A stretch of DNA of 59,210 nucleotides from Fonticula alba ATCC 38817 (Eukaryota > Protista > Nucleariida). The position numbers and the translations under genes were made by a program. The stretch lies in the NCBI GenBank assembly GCA_000388065.2, contig KB932203.1; one strand, given 5' to 3'. Below are positions 58,020 to 59,210 of the stretch, one piece after another (within the stretch, counting starts at the first letter, position 1; each line of letters starts with the position of its first letter). Under the pieces are notes generated by a model. It searched no databases. It was not told where the DNA came from and was given only the letters and a program-made list of their open reading frames with translations.

Positions 58020-59210
58020 GGTCGGGGGGGGGGGGATTAAGATGCCCAGGGGAGGGGGGGCAGGAAAGCAGGAGTATCGGGGAGAGGAGGTAGGGGAGAG
58101 GGGGGGGAGTATCCCAAGGAGGTGCGGGAGGGAAGAGGAGGGAGAGTAGTGGGGTGTGAAACAGCGGCAGCCAGGTGACCTCCACCGGGGGGCCCTTTTG
58201 GCGAGCAAGTGAGGAGATCGGTAGGCTGATCGGGACTGGGCGAGGGGGGGAAAGAGAGAGAGAGAGAGAGAGAGGGAGGGAGGGAGGGAAGTCAACACCA
58301 GGGGTGTGTAGGCCGAGAGCGATCGGCGGCCAAGCAGGTGCGCAGGACCCCCCGCCCGGCCGGGACAGATTGCGCCAGCTCGGGCCGATGGTTGCCCGGA
58401 GTCCCAAGCGCCACCACGCCAGGCCCGCCCCGAGGGGGTGGGGGGGAGGTGATCGAACAAAGCGCCCCCCTGGGGACCTGCGAGTCCCCCTCCCCCCCCC
58501 CGCTCCGGGGCATGGAAGAAGACAGAAGCCGAAACCAGAGCCGGCACGGGGATTCTGGAAGATGAGACGCCCTGCCTCCTGCTTGCGAAAGGCGCACACG
58601 CCGGGGACCAGCCTGGACGGAGGGCGATCATCTGCGGTCACCCGCCGGGGAGAGCCGTCAGGCCGGGAGGACAATGCGGGGAGACGGCGGCCCGGAGTCA
58701 AGGCCCCTTCAATGCCCAACGGGAGCCCGGGGATATTCCCTTACACCAATGTGACCGCCGCAAGGGCTGACAAAGAGGGAGGCCCGTTCTGACTAAAGCC
58801 GATCGTTCTGGAAGGCACCTCCCCGGAAAGGAAGGAGTTCTGCTTGCTGATCGCCCCCGGACGAGTCGGCCCGAGGGGGCGCCGATGGGAGAGCACGGCG
58901 ACGAGCAGGGCGCTGGCAGTGGGGGGGGGGGTGAGGCGCCCCCGCCGACGCAGTCTGGATCGACCTCGGCACGGCAGCTGGAATATTCTGTTGAGCTTGG
59001 AAATCCACACTGAGAGATGATCCCCACCCAGGCCCAGGGCTGGGAGCTAATCTCAAGATGGAATGTGTTCCGGTGATCCGTCGGAGAGACGCCAAACACC
59101 ACCTGAGTCGGATGAGGCCCAGCGAGCCGATGAATTGTAGTGGAATCCCCATGTAAACGATAGATGAAGCAACACGTGAGTGAATTGCCACACGTGTTAC
59201 ATCGTGGGAA

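Noticed and set aside
58600-59210. Possible retroelement or gene fragment at the window end
   Set aside because: No RT, integrase, transposase, LTR or TIR signature recognised in any frame.

Overview
GC-rich, intron-containing eukaryotic DNA from a draft assembly with 12 N-gaps. The gene content, GT(A/G)CG(T/C) splice donors and (CA)n-filled introns suggest a unicellular opisthokont such as Fonticula alba; this is inference, as no search was run. By joining exons by hand I can support about 17 protein-coding genes and one tRNA-Val(AAC). In order the genes are: A20/AN1 zinc finger, CHMP7, Aurora kinase, SSB1/SOSS-B, DCC1, a coiled-coil hypothetical, mitochondrial GPD2, NUDT5-like Nudix, mitochondrial uS10, RECQ1, PP1, Tudor-SN, a DUF3245-like hypothetical, delta-COP, PRPS, ARPC3 and a tandem-AN1 protein. 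I saw no transposon, CRISPR array or operon-like novel system. The most interesting signals are lineage-specific changes to conserved proteins: an FFAT motif in CHMP7, a ~740-aa uS10m, a loop insertion in Aurora, an altered Tudor-SN cage, an apparently truncated RECQ1, a prion-like linker in delta-COP and a CaaX-terminated AN1 protein. Genome-level patterns include a CpG-containing donor consensus and strand-biased CA repeats. There is also one candidate spliced non-coding or small-ORF transcript. All family assignments come from remembered motifs, not database hits.
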